From the NCBI RefSeq assembly GCF_009914755.1, contig NC_060926.1: 64,000 nucleotides of DNA, one strand, 5' to 3'. The translations under genes and the position numbers were made by a program. Source of the stretch: the human T2T-CHM13v2.0 reference genome, Homo sapiens. Shown piece by piece: positions 1 to 12,199 of the stretch (positions are counted from its first letter, which is position 1; each line of letters opens with the position of its first letter). Under the pieces are notes generated by a model that saw nothing but the letters and a program-made list of their open reading frames with translations, ran no database searches and had not been told where the DNA came from.

Positions 1-496
1 TTTCCCCTCCATACTGCCCTAGCAGATGTTTTCCATGAGGACCCCATGGTCCTCTTGAAAACTTTGCCGCTTAGAAATTTCTTCCACCAGATAGACTAAA
101 TACACTTTCTCAAGTTCAAAGTTCCATAGATCTCTAGGGCAGGGACAAAATGCCCTCAGTCCCTTTGCAGAGCAAGAGTAACCTTTACTCCTGTTCCCAA
201 AAAGTTCCTCATCTCCATCTGAAACCACCTCAGCCTGAACTTTATTGTTCATATTACTATCAGCATTTTGCTCAAAGCCATTCAACAAGTCTCCAGAAAG
301 TTCCAAACTTTCCTACATCTTCCTGTTCTATAAGCCTTCTAAGACTCTAGGAAGTTCCAAATTTTCCCACATTTTCCTGTCTTCCTCTGAGCCCTCCAAA
401 CTGTTCCAGCCTCTGCCTGTTAACCAGTTCCAAAGTCGCTTCCACATTTTTGGGTGTCTTTACAGCAGCACCCCACCCTCTACAGAACCAACTTAC
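1..496 (-). mobile_element. MaLR (THE1/MST-type) internal region, continuing off the window edge
   Basis: The reverse complement matches recalled THE1-int sequence (GGAAGCGACTTTGGAACTGG...CAGGCAGAGGCTGGAACAGTTTGGAGGGCTCAGAGGAAGACAGGAAAATGTGGG). ORF 19..306 is the typical MaLR-int pseudo-ORF. It abuts the LTR. Confidence 0.85.
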
Positions 497-848
497 TGAA
501 TTAGTCTACTGTCATGCTGCTAATAGAGACATACCTGAGACTGGGCAATTTACAAAGAAAAGAGGTCTAATTGACTCACCATTCAGCCTTACTGGGGAGG
601 CCTCAGGAAACTTACGATCATGGCAGAAGGGGAAGCAAACATGAAGGACTCCCAAGAAAAAGGGGAAAGCCCATTATAAAACCATTAGATCTTGTGAGAA
701 CTCAGTCACAACCACGAGAGCAGCTGCATGGGGGCAACTGCTCCCATGATTCTATCACCTCCCACTGGTTCTCTCCCATGATACATAGGAATTATGGGAA
801 CTAAATTCAAGACAAGATTTTGGGTGGAGAAACAGCCAGACCATTTCA
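497..848 (-). mobile_element. THE1/MST-type 5' LTR (ERVL-MaLR)
   Basis: AGACATACCTGAGACTGGGCAATTTACAAAGAAAAGAGG...GGCCTCAGGAAACTTAC...TTTGGGTGGAGAAACAGCCAGACCAT is the reverse complement of a THE1D/MSTA-like LTR. Confidence 0.85.
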
Positions 849-2899
849 ATTCCTAAACTCATCAATTAACCACTTCTTGATGAGTCAGGTCCACATTTCT
901 CTACATGATCAAAACAAATGATACACTCAGAGTCTAATGAATTATGAATAATTTTTGTATGCTAATTTATACTATGTTAGATTTCTTTTTTTATTCATCT
1001 AGTTATTTCTGCTTCTGTTATATTGTTTCCTTAGGCATTTATCTCACTTTTGATTTTTTTTTTTTGTTTTACATTTGATTTGATAATCAGATAGCCCCCA
1101 AATTAGAATATTTGTAAAAATTGTGTAAATAGGCATGAAGTGAGCACTTGTACTTTTAAGGAACAGTTTTACATATGTTTTTACAGTTGAAAAATTATTT
1201 TTTACTTACTTTTTGGAGGATAGTTGAATATGCCAGAGATATGACATAGTAGCCATTCAGGCTGTCCACAAACACTACAGTTCTTCTAGGCATAGTAATA
1301 TTGTGCCTTCTCAACACCTGAAGTTATATGTGTTTGGGAGACAGTTGGCTAACAAAATGTAAGCAGTAGAAATATGTGTCACTTTCAGGCCAAAGTTCTA
1401 AGAGCCAGTGTGAGAACACATTCTCTTACCACTTACTGTGGTTGATCATGGAGGTAGGTGTCAAGATGAGGTCACTGGGTCTCTTGAGTGACTCTAATAA
1501 GCACAGTCTCCAACAAAACTATGGTGGACATGGAATACAACCAACAAATAAATCTTTGCCTTTATAAGGAACTGAGACTTGAGTTGTATGTTACCAATAA
1601 ATTGAAAATAAATTATAAATTAAACATCAGTATGAGAAGCCATTTATTCACAGCTGTTGCCTTCTTAACAGTAAGGAATAGAGATAAATGAGAAAGTCCC
1701 AAACTCAATTATTAGGCTCCCCCAAAATTTCATAATAAATGTATAAATGGTTGAGGAATTCACTAGGAAAATAAAAGAATTACAAGAAGGAAAATCATGA
1801 GTGTATTTACATAAGTCATTATAAACATTTTTCAAAATGTTTTCTGAAATAAAATTGCTTACTATCAATAGATTTTAAAGTAAAAAGTAAAGCAGTAATA
1901 ACTGCAAATAACCAACTAAATTTCATTAGCTGATTCAGCTCTGTAATGAATATCTGATAACAATAATACATTGCTGGTGAAAGTAGTGATAATGGCAGTG
2001 TGAGATGGAAGAAGAAGAGTTGGACTGTTATTAGGAAGAGGAGACCTCTGACATCAAGGTTGCTATCATCAACACCAAGATCACTGTCTCTCATTACATT
2101 CAACACCACTAGAAAAATTTTCTATATTTGCAAAATTTTTGAAATTACTGCTACTTCATTGTCTCATGGAAAATAGATTATAATCTTTTAATTAACATTT
2201 ATAAATATTTTGTTATTGTTATTATTCTGTCTTTTCATCATAGAACTCAGTGGAGAGATGAGGGTAGAGTTTTTCAGTGGTTGAACTTTTGGATAAGCCG
2301 AATAAAATCTACACAGGCTGAACTCATTTTTATTCCATTTTGTTGTTAAAACAAATGAAAAAGAAAAGCTTCTGTGCCAGCATTCTCTCTTCTTTCAGGC
2401 TGAGTCATTTCCTAAGAGGCTCCTTATCCCTTAAAGTAGACTTCTGGCAGATACACCATAGTATCATTTTAATTATGTTTAAGCAAGCCTGGGGATGGTA
2501 GTTATTTAAATCACAAGACATGTACAATATTTTCAACAATTTCATTAAGTCATTCCTAATACTGAAACTAAAGATTTTCTCCCTTTCCAATATTATGCAA
2601 ATTATAGATTACTAACACCAAATAAACGCCTAGCAATATTATTACATTAATTCTAAGAAACACTAACATAGGAGACTTGGTTTCTTCTAAAGACATCATT
2701 TTAGGTATAATTGGAAATACAAAAACATTTCATTTTAATAAGGGGAAAATTAGGCAATACATATAAATTAATTTAAAAATTGAATGACGTTTATGAATTA
2801 ACAGAAATCATTAGGTGTACTTAAAACAATATCTGAATAAATGTTTTGATGAGGAAAGAAAGTGCTCTTAAAATTAATATATAAATTTAAATGAGATTT

Positions 2900-5800
2900 T
2901 ACATGAGATTGCTAATCAGGGTCAGTTTTTTTAATTGTTTAAAATAACCTTGAAGTTTATGTGGCAATAAATAAAGGGAGTCTGAAAATAGCAAAGATTA
3001 TGAAACATAAAATTGTGTCATGTATTGTAAATCTTTTGCCTATAAATTTTAAAGACAGGTTATCAGTTTTATCAGCAAAGATGGCTAGAGTGTTGATTGG
3101 AGTCGTGTTAGATTTATAGATCACTTAGAGTAAAATTGACATACAAAATATATTAAGTATTCAGATCCATAACATGGTATACTGCTAAAATTATTTTTAT
3201 CCTCATGATTTTCAAGCATAAACAGGCAGATTAAAACTCTGCCTTAATCTTCCTTTCCTGATTTTACAGAATTGCAACATCAATTGGAAGGAAGGACTTT
3301 GGCCTCTTTCAGGTCTTTCCTGGTCATCCACACAACCCTGTAGACGCTTGGTCTTCTGGCTTTTCAGTAACATGTTAGGGCTTTTCAAAGTTTTCTTTGG
3401 ACATTTCCTTCCCCAGCTTTAGTCAGCTTCTTGTTTGCTCCAACTGTTATCAACACCTCTTGTAAGCTGCCATATTATTAAACTTTTTAAAGTTAACTAA
3501 TGTCCATAAAAATTATTTTCTGAATGATCCAAACCAAGTCAGCTCTGACTAAGGTCAAATACATACAAGGCCTGTGAGAGAAGGTTTTCAGATAACTGGA
3601 GAGGGGTCAGATAATGTCAATTTTCTGTGAATAAGGTTTAACATGAGTTCCAAGCCCATTCTCTCTCCACCAGTGAGTACCTGGTAAGCTACTATTCTTC
3701 ACGAATACTGTGATAGTAAGTTTTGGGCTTTTAGGGTTACCACATACCTGGGAGAGGGGAGTGTGACTTCAATGAGTTTAAACACCACAAAGTTCGTAAC
3801 TCTTACTGAGACAGTCATTTTTCTTGAATAAATACTTCTCCGATTGTTGCATGCTTTATTTAATTTTCAAAGTTCTGAAAAAGTTGATATTGGCAATTTT
3901 TGCCAAAATTTTTATTGATTTTACAGAGGGGCAGATTTTTGGAGTCCCTGACCTGCCATTTCTAATGGTAATTATCCTTTGACATTCTTTCTTTCTTCCT
4001 TCCTTTCCTTCTTTTTTTCCTTATTAAACTGTCTAGGACTATATTAAAATAATGCACATAGGTAATGAGAGCAGTATCTTTGCCTTAAACTTGAGAATTA
4101 ACTACAACCTTTTGTCATTGAGTGTGATGTAGGGTTTTTTTCAACTACATACTTTATTATATTGAGAGAGTTGTCTCCAGTCCTAGTTTGCTGAAAGGTT
4201 TTAGCTGTTTTTGGGTTTTCTTTTTTTTGTTGTTGTTGTTGTTTTTTTTTTTTAGTTTTGCAAAATGTTTCTCCTGCATTCTGAATGTATTGGGGTAATC
4301 ATATGGGTTTTTTTTTGTCTGTTAATATGAAATACATTGATTTTCAAATAGTAACTATACTCATTCATGGTGTTTTATACTGTTTCTATATTTCTAGATT
4401 TAATTTGCTATTATTTTGTTAATTTTTTTGGTTCATGAGAAAATTAAGTTGATAAATGTTTTCTATTCTTTTGACTACTCATTTAGTCAGCTAAGAAAAA
4501 AGTTTTAACTATCTCGATCATATTTGTATATTTGTAAATTTTGCATTTCAATTGTATTTTTCCCCATGCATTTTGAAGCTTTTTGATTAGGTGCTTGTAC
4601 ACTTAGCACTGTTATATCCTTATATCCTTTTTTTTTTCTTTTCTCTTTTTTTTGAGACAAGGTCTTGCTCTGTCACCCAGGCTGGAGTGCAATAGTACAA
4701 TCAGAGCTCACTGTAGCCTCGACCTGTCAGACTCAAGTCATCCTCTCACTTCAGCCTCACAAGTAGAGGTCTCACTATGTTGCCAAGGCTGGTCTCAAAC
4801 TCCTGGCCTCAAGCATATCCTCCTGTTGAACTGACCTCTCTATCATTATAAAATGTTTCTCTTTTCGCTGGTGATATTCCTAGCTTGAAACCTACTTTGT
4901 CTGATATTAATTTATTCAACTCAGCTTCCTTTGCTTAGTGTTTTCATAATATCTTTTAAAGTCTTCTACTTTTAGCCTATTGGTATATTAATATTTAAAA
5001 TTCATTTCTTATATAACACATATAGTTAGATCTTTTTAGTCAGCTTGATCTCTGTCAATAGATTGTGCTTTTAGATTATTCCAATTAGATCGAATATAAC
5101 TAACAATATGGTTGGTTTTGAATCTGCCAACTTCTAGTTTGTTTTATATTTGTTCCATTTTTCTCCATTCCTTTTTTCCTGTCTTCTTTTGAGTTAAATG
5201 AAAACTTTTTATAATTCCACTTTCTCTTCAATATTGGCTACTTCCTCATCTCTTAGTTTAAATTTTCAGTAGATCCTCCAGGGATCACAATATACATCTT
5301 TAACTTATCACAGTTTATTTTCAAATATAATGCTACTTTTTATGTATCTTGAAAGAAGGTAAGATTCTACATCTGTTTCTCTCCTCATGTGCTACTGATG
5401 TTGTTATTTTTATTTCTATGATATAATATACACATTTGTATTATTTTGTTCACAGAATTGTTTTAAAAGAGATTTATATATGAGAATAAAAGACTTCTAC
5501 ATTCTATGATTATAATTGAATGGCATTTGCCATTCATCTTTCTAAATTTCTATCTTATATTATTTGTTCTCTGCCTGAAGAACATTCTTTAATATTTTTT
5601 GTAGTTCCAATCTGCGAGTGATGAAATATCTCAATTGTTATTTGTCTAAATAATTTTTCTTTCACTTCATTTTTGAAAAATCTTTTGCCAAGCAGAGAAC
5701 AACCAGATTGACAGTTTTGGATTTTTTTCCTCACAGTACTTTAAAGATATTACTATATATTCTTCTTGCTTGCATACATTTTGCCAAGAATGCTTTGTCA

Positions 5801-7040
5801 CTTATATGTTTGTTCCTTTGTACATAATAGGTCATTTTTTCTTCCCTCTCTAGCAGCTTTTAAGATTTTTCTCTGCATTACTGGTTTTACCAATTTGATT
5901 TTGATATGCCATAGTGTTGTTTTTTGTGTGTTTATTCTGATTGGGGTTTGCTTAACTTCTTGGATGTGTTGCTTTACAGTTTTCATCATATTTAAAATTC
6001 TCTATTCTTATTCCAGATACTACCCTTTCCTTCCACTCCCATCCGTAGCCTTCCGCCTTCCTCCTTCTGGATCTAATTACGCTTGTTAGAATACAATTAT
6101 CACTGTAGCTCTTTTTATTTTCCTGTCTTCTTTTTTTTGCTTGTGTTTTTTTAGATCTCTGTTCTCATTTCCTTCCGATGACTTCATTTTTACTGATCTA
6201 TTCTTCTGCAATGTCTAATCTGCTGTTAATTCTCTACAGTGTACTTTTAATTTAGTTTTTTCTTTATAGATTTTTATTTGGTAATGCTTTATATTTCTTA
6301 TTTCTCTCTTTATCATTGTCACATATTTTTTAATTGGGCACATATAAGCATAAGGCACATATTTATAATTCTTTTCATATTTATTAATGTCCTTCACTGC
6401 CAATTCTGTCATCTCTCTTATTTATGAATGTCACTATTGATTATATTTTCTCATGATTATGAGGCAGATTTTCCAGCTTCATTGATTAGATAACTAACAT
6501 TGTGAATATTATGTTGTTGAATGCTGGATTTTGACGTATTTCTTTAAATTGTGTTGTAACTTGTTCTGGTGAAGAAATAAGTTCTTGGAAACAGTTAAAT
6601 GCTTGCTTTTAAGTTTTTTGGAGTGTGTCTTGACCAACTTTTAACTGAGGGCTAATTTAGATCTTCTACTAAGGTGTCACCCTTCTGAGATTTCTCCATG
6701 TCTTAAAAGTCTTCAACTCTGGCTGATGGGAGGAATTGCTATTCCCAGCTGTGTGTAGACTCTGTGAATTGTTGCACTTTCTAATTTCCAGTGGTTCTTT
6801 CTCTGCTCATGTGGTTTCCTCTCACATAGGTGCAGATTAGATTGAGGGTGTCCCTAGGTAGATTCTAAAGCTTGCTCTTTCTTTCTCTCTCTCTCAGCTC
6901 CCCTTTCACTGGTAGTCTGTTTTATAAATTCTAGCCACTCAGACCTCTTTAACCTTTAATCTCTGTCTTCCTAAATCTGCATGATGGCTTGGTTCTGCTT
7001 GGATTTTCCTTCTTTATGCCGCAGCACAGGGACTACTTCT
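2900..7040 (-). mobile_element. Fragmented ancient L1 (L1M-class) sequence including ORF1 remnants
   Basis: T-rich + strand. The minus ORF 5798..5989 (HIQEVKQTPIRINTQKTTLWHIKIKLVK...KILKAARE) resembles L1 ORF1p. Boundaries are approximate and there are probably several fragments. Confidence 0.65.
4628..4825 (-). mobile_element. Old Alu (AluJ-like), internally deleted
   Basis: Poly-T then GAGACAAGGTCTTGCTCTGTCACCCAGGCTGGAGTGCA; jumps to GGTCTCACTATGTTGCCAAGGCTGGTCTCAAACTCCTGG. Confidence 0.85.
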
Positions 7041-7044
7041 AGGC

Positions 7045-7254
7045 CAATGGTTTTCAAACTGAAATGATTTTGTTCCATAGTAGACATTTGGAATGTCTGA
7101 TAACAATTTAGGTTGTTACAACTAGGGTAGTGCTACTACATTAGCACCAAAGCTAAGGATGGTGCTAAACTTTCTACAATGTACAGGACAGCTCCCTACA
7201 ACAAAGAATTATCCAGCCCAAAATGTCAACAGTGTGCAAGGTTGAAAATCTTTT
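7045..7254. mobile_element. MER20-like hAT-Charlie DNA transposon fossil
   Basis: CAATGGTTTTCAAA...ACAAAGAATTATCCAGCCCAAAATGTCAACAGTG...GGTTGAAAA. Degenerate 8-bp TSD TTCTAGGC/CCCTAGGC. Confidence 0.8.
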
Positions 7255-7741
7255 CCCTAGGCAGTTTCTGGGGAATATTATCATTCTCTCAGGTATCATA
7301 ATCCTGCATGGCTTAATGCCTCAAAACTGTATTTTGTTATATTTTGTTCAGTTTTCTAGTTATCTGAGTTGGAAATACAAATCCAGTCTTTCTTAGTGCA
7401 TCATGGCCCAAAGTGGAACTCTTTCTTGCCTCTTGATAATAATATTTGCATTCTATTCATCCTCCTAACTTGCTCATGTACTTAAATTTTCCAGATTCCT
7501 TGAATGTGTAGACTCTTAGTTTAAATTTCCCTCTAATATTGCTTGTACTCACGATATGTTAAGGTGTGGGCTATGATTAACTTATAATTGAGGATGCTTA
7601 CTTTGTATAAAGGAAGGGTATTACAACACAGAGAAAAACTTACGCCTCATTTTTATCTCCAAATCTGCTCTCAAAACTCACAAACTATAAAATATCTTTG
7701 TGAAGTTTTCTGAAGTATGCCTGCCTGATAACTCCAGGTTT

Positions 7742-8705
7742 TGATGGGGAGAGGAGGCAGAGAAATTCTAGGCAGACAGGGGTGGGTCCCTGGTGAAGCC
7801 CCACTCTCAAGCTGAAAAGCCTAAGACGGTGGCCCAAAGTGAGAATTTACATCTTTGTTTTCCCACTTGAATGCTGCCTTTTCAAAAACCACCTGTGGCC
7901 TGCCCCAACCCCCATCCTGTGCCCATAAAGACTCCAGCAAGCAAAGAGGAGAAAGCTGGACATCAGACAATGGCTCAACATTGGAGAGAACCAGCTTGAC
8001 TTTAGAGGAACGCTTGATGGCTAACTTTGGAGAAGAATCCAGCTGGAGATGGCCAGACTTCAGGGGAAGATTACCTTCCTACCCTATCCCTTTTTCAGCT
8101 CCTCTTCCACTAAAAGCCACTTTCATTGGCAATAAAATCCCCCCACATTTACCATCTTTTAATTTATTTGTGCAACCTTATTTCTCCTGGATGCCAGACA
8201 AGAGTTTGGGTGCCATGAGTGCGAACACTAAAGGCTGTCATACTGGCCTTTCACTCTCACTGGCAGAGGGGCAGCTGCCTCATGTGAAAAGTCAGAAGGC
8301 CCACTGAGCTGTTAACACTTAAGCCATCTGCAGATGGCAGAGCTAAAATAGCACTGTAACATTCTCCCTCTGAGGCTTCAGGGGTCGCAGGCATCTCCCC
8401 AGATTCTGCCATGAGGCCTGCACAGAGTTTGCTCCTGCCAGCACCCAAAAGCACTCACCCTGACTCCTGCACGTGCTCAACCATGCACTCCATCCCACAA
8501 GGAGTGGACTGCTGCAGGTCTAAGTGAGTGGAGTTCACTCCTGCCAGTGCTGAAGCAGCCAGCTGGTTCCAGGGTTGGTGCACTCCAGTTCCCGCCTTAT
8601 GTGCTTGCATGCTCCCTCTTACTAGGAATTGAAAACTGCAAGCTGGGTAAATCAGGCACACCTGTCACGAATCCCACGAAGGGGTTGGGAAAATATTCTG
8701 CTTCA
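7742..8705 (+). mobile_element. Solo ERV1 LTR (LTR1/LTR27/LTR28 group)
   Basis: TG...CA ends. Starts TGATGGGGAGAGGAGGCAGAGAAATTCTAGGCAGACAGGGGTGGGTCCCTGG. Internal AATAAA near 8131. 4-bp TSD GTTT/GTTC. Confidence 0.8.
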
Positions 8706-9395
8706 GTTCCATTTCTTCAGAGCTTTTAGCCTGATTCCAATAGGCTGTGGCATGTTTCCACCACATCTAGAGAGTTACGGGCCAAGTTCCAGAAAAAGGA
8801 AATCACAGCGAGAAAAGCCCAGAGAGAAGGCCTTCCTTTGTGGGCTTAGTCCATGGCACGTCTTTCAAGTTCCTGATATGAGTCCCTGATTCTGCAGTTC
8901 TTCCTAGGATGGGTTGACATCAGGGATGATTAGTCCTGTGAGTGAAAACTCAAATCTTACTATAGCACAGTTATACCTATGAGACATTTAGTACATGTCC
9001 CAAAAAGTGGTTTATTGTATGACCTTTATTAAACTGAGACCAGTTCTTTATCACATATTCCCCACAGTAAAATGAAGAGCATGTCAAATATGTTTTAGTT
9101 TTTCTGATCTTTCGGAGACAGCTATTAAAGCACAAGCAAAATACGCTTATATCTAACCAAAAGCATGGTTAATTGCCCAGACTGAAACCAAATGAATTCA
9201 TTTTGAATCTCACTTTGACACTTAGCTTTGTGACCTTAAAGAAGCTAATGTAATGTCTCAGTGTTCTCATCTGAGGTCTTGGATATGTCATCTTGGGATA
9301 ATACCTTATTCCTCAAATGGTAATAATTCTATTGTTGAATTTGAAAACATTTTGCACTTACTTTAACTTAACCAAAACAGTTCAGCAAGGGGTTT

Positions 9396-9398
<3 letters not shown>

Positions 9399-9431
<33 letters not shown>

Positions 9432-9441
9432 TACACACACG
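9399..9441. repeat. (CA)n microsatellite
   Basis: About 14 perfect CA units followed by an interrupted tail. Confidence 0.95.
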
Positions 9442-11119
9442 TACTAATAAAATTATAGCTTAATTCAACAAGTTTCAGCTTCAGCATTTTATTTTTTAAA
9501 TGCAAAAGAAAGTGGGTGCTGAAATATGACTGCTACTGGTATCTGTAGTAAAGGACAGACACCAAGAATAGGTAAAAGATATAATCTGCAGTAAAGAAAG
9601 TGAAAAAAAATAAAAGCAAGGAAGGGAAAGTGGGAAGGAATTATTTCTTTTGAGAACTAGGTGAGTCTATTACATATGTTAACCCCTTCAATTCTTGAAA
9701 TTGGACTACAGAGTAGTTGTGCTTGTCATCTCATTACATAGGAATATGAAGTTGAGAGAAGTTCAGAAATGCATTTTAGAACACTTGTTCTGTAAGCTGG
9801 GTACTAGAATTTGAACACAGGCCTGCTAAATCTAATATTCTTTGCTAAAGAAAACACCCTATTTCAACTCATTTCCCTCAGGAAAAAGACAGGTGAGATG
9901 ATGCCCAATGATCTTTTGTTTTTCTGCTTCTTCACTTCAATGTCATAAAAAAGTCATCATAGTGGGGCAGAAAATTAAACTATTACCACTCAAACACAGT
10001 ACCCAGATATCCTAAGACTTCTTTATATTACTCCCAAATACACTAAATCTCCCAGCTCTCAAACTTCCCACTAACCACTAATTTATCTAACAAAGGCTAT
10101 CAAAACTGATTTGGTATAACAAGCCGTAGCACATTTTTTAAATGCCTAATATGAATGGACTATGATTGTTGCTAAATTTTTAAACTCATTTTTGAATATC
10201 ATTTTATATTTTACCAATGTTGAAAGTCCAAAAACATATAAGGCTCTGTTTTAAAGATTCTATTTTCAAGAACATCTATTTATTCTCCTTTGAGGGAAGT
10301 GACATTTATTGTAGAGTTCAGGATTACCCTATCGGCTCGTTGCAAGACCTCGTGCAATCTCGGTTCATTTACTCTCTTAAGCTAGTTCCCAAGGTAAAAC
10401 GAAAAAGTGTTTACTACATATCTAGCTATAAATTGCTGTGAGTACTGAGTGTGTTGAAATTATGGAATCAAAGATAATATTCATGTTGCAAATGTGATCA
10501 GTCCTGCAGTGGCTGTAAAAGAATATACAGGTGATGACGTGGTTGGAATTTACCCAGTGTGAGTGTATGATTCAAGCCCATAATAATTGTTTATTTTTGG
10601 CCATTATATGAACCAGAATAAAGGGTGAAGCAAGTATAAATCTACCAAACAGAAATCATTCACCAAAACTAAATGCATACTTCTGTGCTAGTTTCAAATT
10701 GCATTAATACTCACTTTCACTATTTCTTTAAGCAAAGTCACACATCTTCATTCGTCTCTCTACCAGATGATATTAAAAGATATTTTATTAGGAAAGAAGC
10801 AAATACGAATGAATTCAAACATCATATCAGGTACTTCTTCCTTGATATTAAGAAGTAAATCAAACTTGAACTCTCAATACAAAAATGCATATTAGCCTCT
10901 GGTAATCACAAGTTCACATTATTTCCTCTTTTTAAGAATGAGGTAGAGTGGAAGTGGTGGTTATTCGAGTGTTTTATTGAGATATTTGTTTTTGTCTTAA
11001 TCAATAGTCTTGAACAGTCTTAAAATCAGAGATACAGTCAATAATCATGGGTGGTTACTTTTACGAGAAAAAAATCTGCTGTGTTGTCTATTTCCTACCT
11101 AGTTCTATTATAGTACTGT

Positions 11120-11275
11120 GGGGCTAGTGTTACTATTAGCCCCATTTTATAAATGACACAAGTGAGACTTAGAGTGACTTACTCAAGGTTATAGAGTTAG
11201 AAGCTATCATAATAGAATCAAACTCAGGCAAGCTAACTTTTAAGTGTCAGAGACGAAATCACTTTACCATACTGC
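11120..11275 (-). mobile_element. MIR SINE fragment
   Basis: ATTAGCCCCATTTTATAAATGACACAAGTGAGACTTAGAG...TGACTTACTCAAGGTTATAGAG resembles the MIR core. Confidence 0.65.
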
Positions 11276-11345
11276 CTAACGTTAATGACTATGAGAAAGG
11301 AAATCATTTAAATCCTGTTACACACTGAAGAAACATGCTTACTGC

Positions 11346-11818
11346 CAACAGTTCTCAAAATGTGGTCCAAATTAATTTCAGAAGAGAAAGTGAAAGAGGA
11401 AGAGGAAAAATTGCCTTTTTTCTCTCATTTTCTCAAGATAACACAGTAGAATTTTCTAGAGGCTATGTGATGTGTGATATCACAACCAATTAAAGGCCGA
11501 AAAAAAAATTTAAGAATCAAGCTGTCTTCTATTCAACCAGACATTAAAAGAGACTTGTAAAACTGTAAAACATTGCCACTCATCTCACTAAACTATTTTC
11601 ATTTTTGAAAATAAAACTCTTTCTAAAATATATGTTAATTATTTTAAGACATAGTGTGTTTATTTTTAAATAAACAACTAAAGACAAAAAAATTCTAGGT
11701 TTAATTCTAATGAAATGTTGACATATATAACTCATATAAATAGCAGTACTTTGATGATAGTCTAATACTTTTTAAGAAACCAAAGGGGTTCTGAGACCAA
11801 AATATTTGAGAACCACTG
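11346..11818 (+). mobile_element. hAT-Charlie MITE (MER119-like)
   Basis: Terminal inverted repeats CAACAGTTCTCAAA / TTTGAGAACCACTG. Internal AGCTGTCTTCTATTCAACCAGACATTAAAAGAGACTTGTAAAA matches the recalled consensus. Confidence 0.75.
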
Positions 11819-11912
11819 CTATAAGGCATTTTGATTACACACCATTTCCTCTGCCTAGGTCAGGTTAGCTAGATGTTCAGAAAGTCTAGGTGTTTTAAAA
11901 CAATGTATCTGC

Positions 11913-12199
11913 GGCCGGGCGCGGTGGCTCACGCCTGTAATCCCAACACTTTGGGAGGCCGAGGCGGGCGGATCACGAGGTCAGCAGATCGAGACCATCC
12001 TGGCTAACCCGGTGAAACCCCGTCTTCTATTAAAAATACAAAAAATTAGCCGGGCAAGGTGGCCGGCGCCTGTAGTCCCAGCTACTCGAGAGGCTGAGGC
12101 AGGAGAATGGCGTGAACCCCGGGGGGCAGAGCCTGCAGTGAACCGAGATCGCGCCACTGCACTCCAACCTGGGCGACAGCGAGACTCCATCTCAAAAAA
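11913..12199 (+). mobile_element. Full-length young AluY (AluYe-like)
   Basis: CpG-rich dimer with GAACCCCGGGGGGCAGAGCCTGCAG and GGGCGACAGCGAGACTCC. Degenerate TSD AAAACAATGTATCTGC / AAAAAATTGTATCTGT. Confidence 0.95.

Noticed and set aside
1819-2109. 96-aa minus ORF behind a possible acceptor
   Set aside because: No recognisable protein and no partner exons; weak splice context.
7855-8889. 150-aa and neighbouring ORFs
   Set aside because: They lie in or overlap a solo LTR, with no domain similarity or exon structure.
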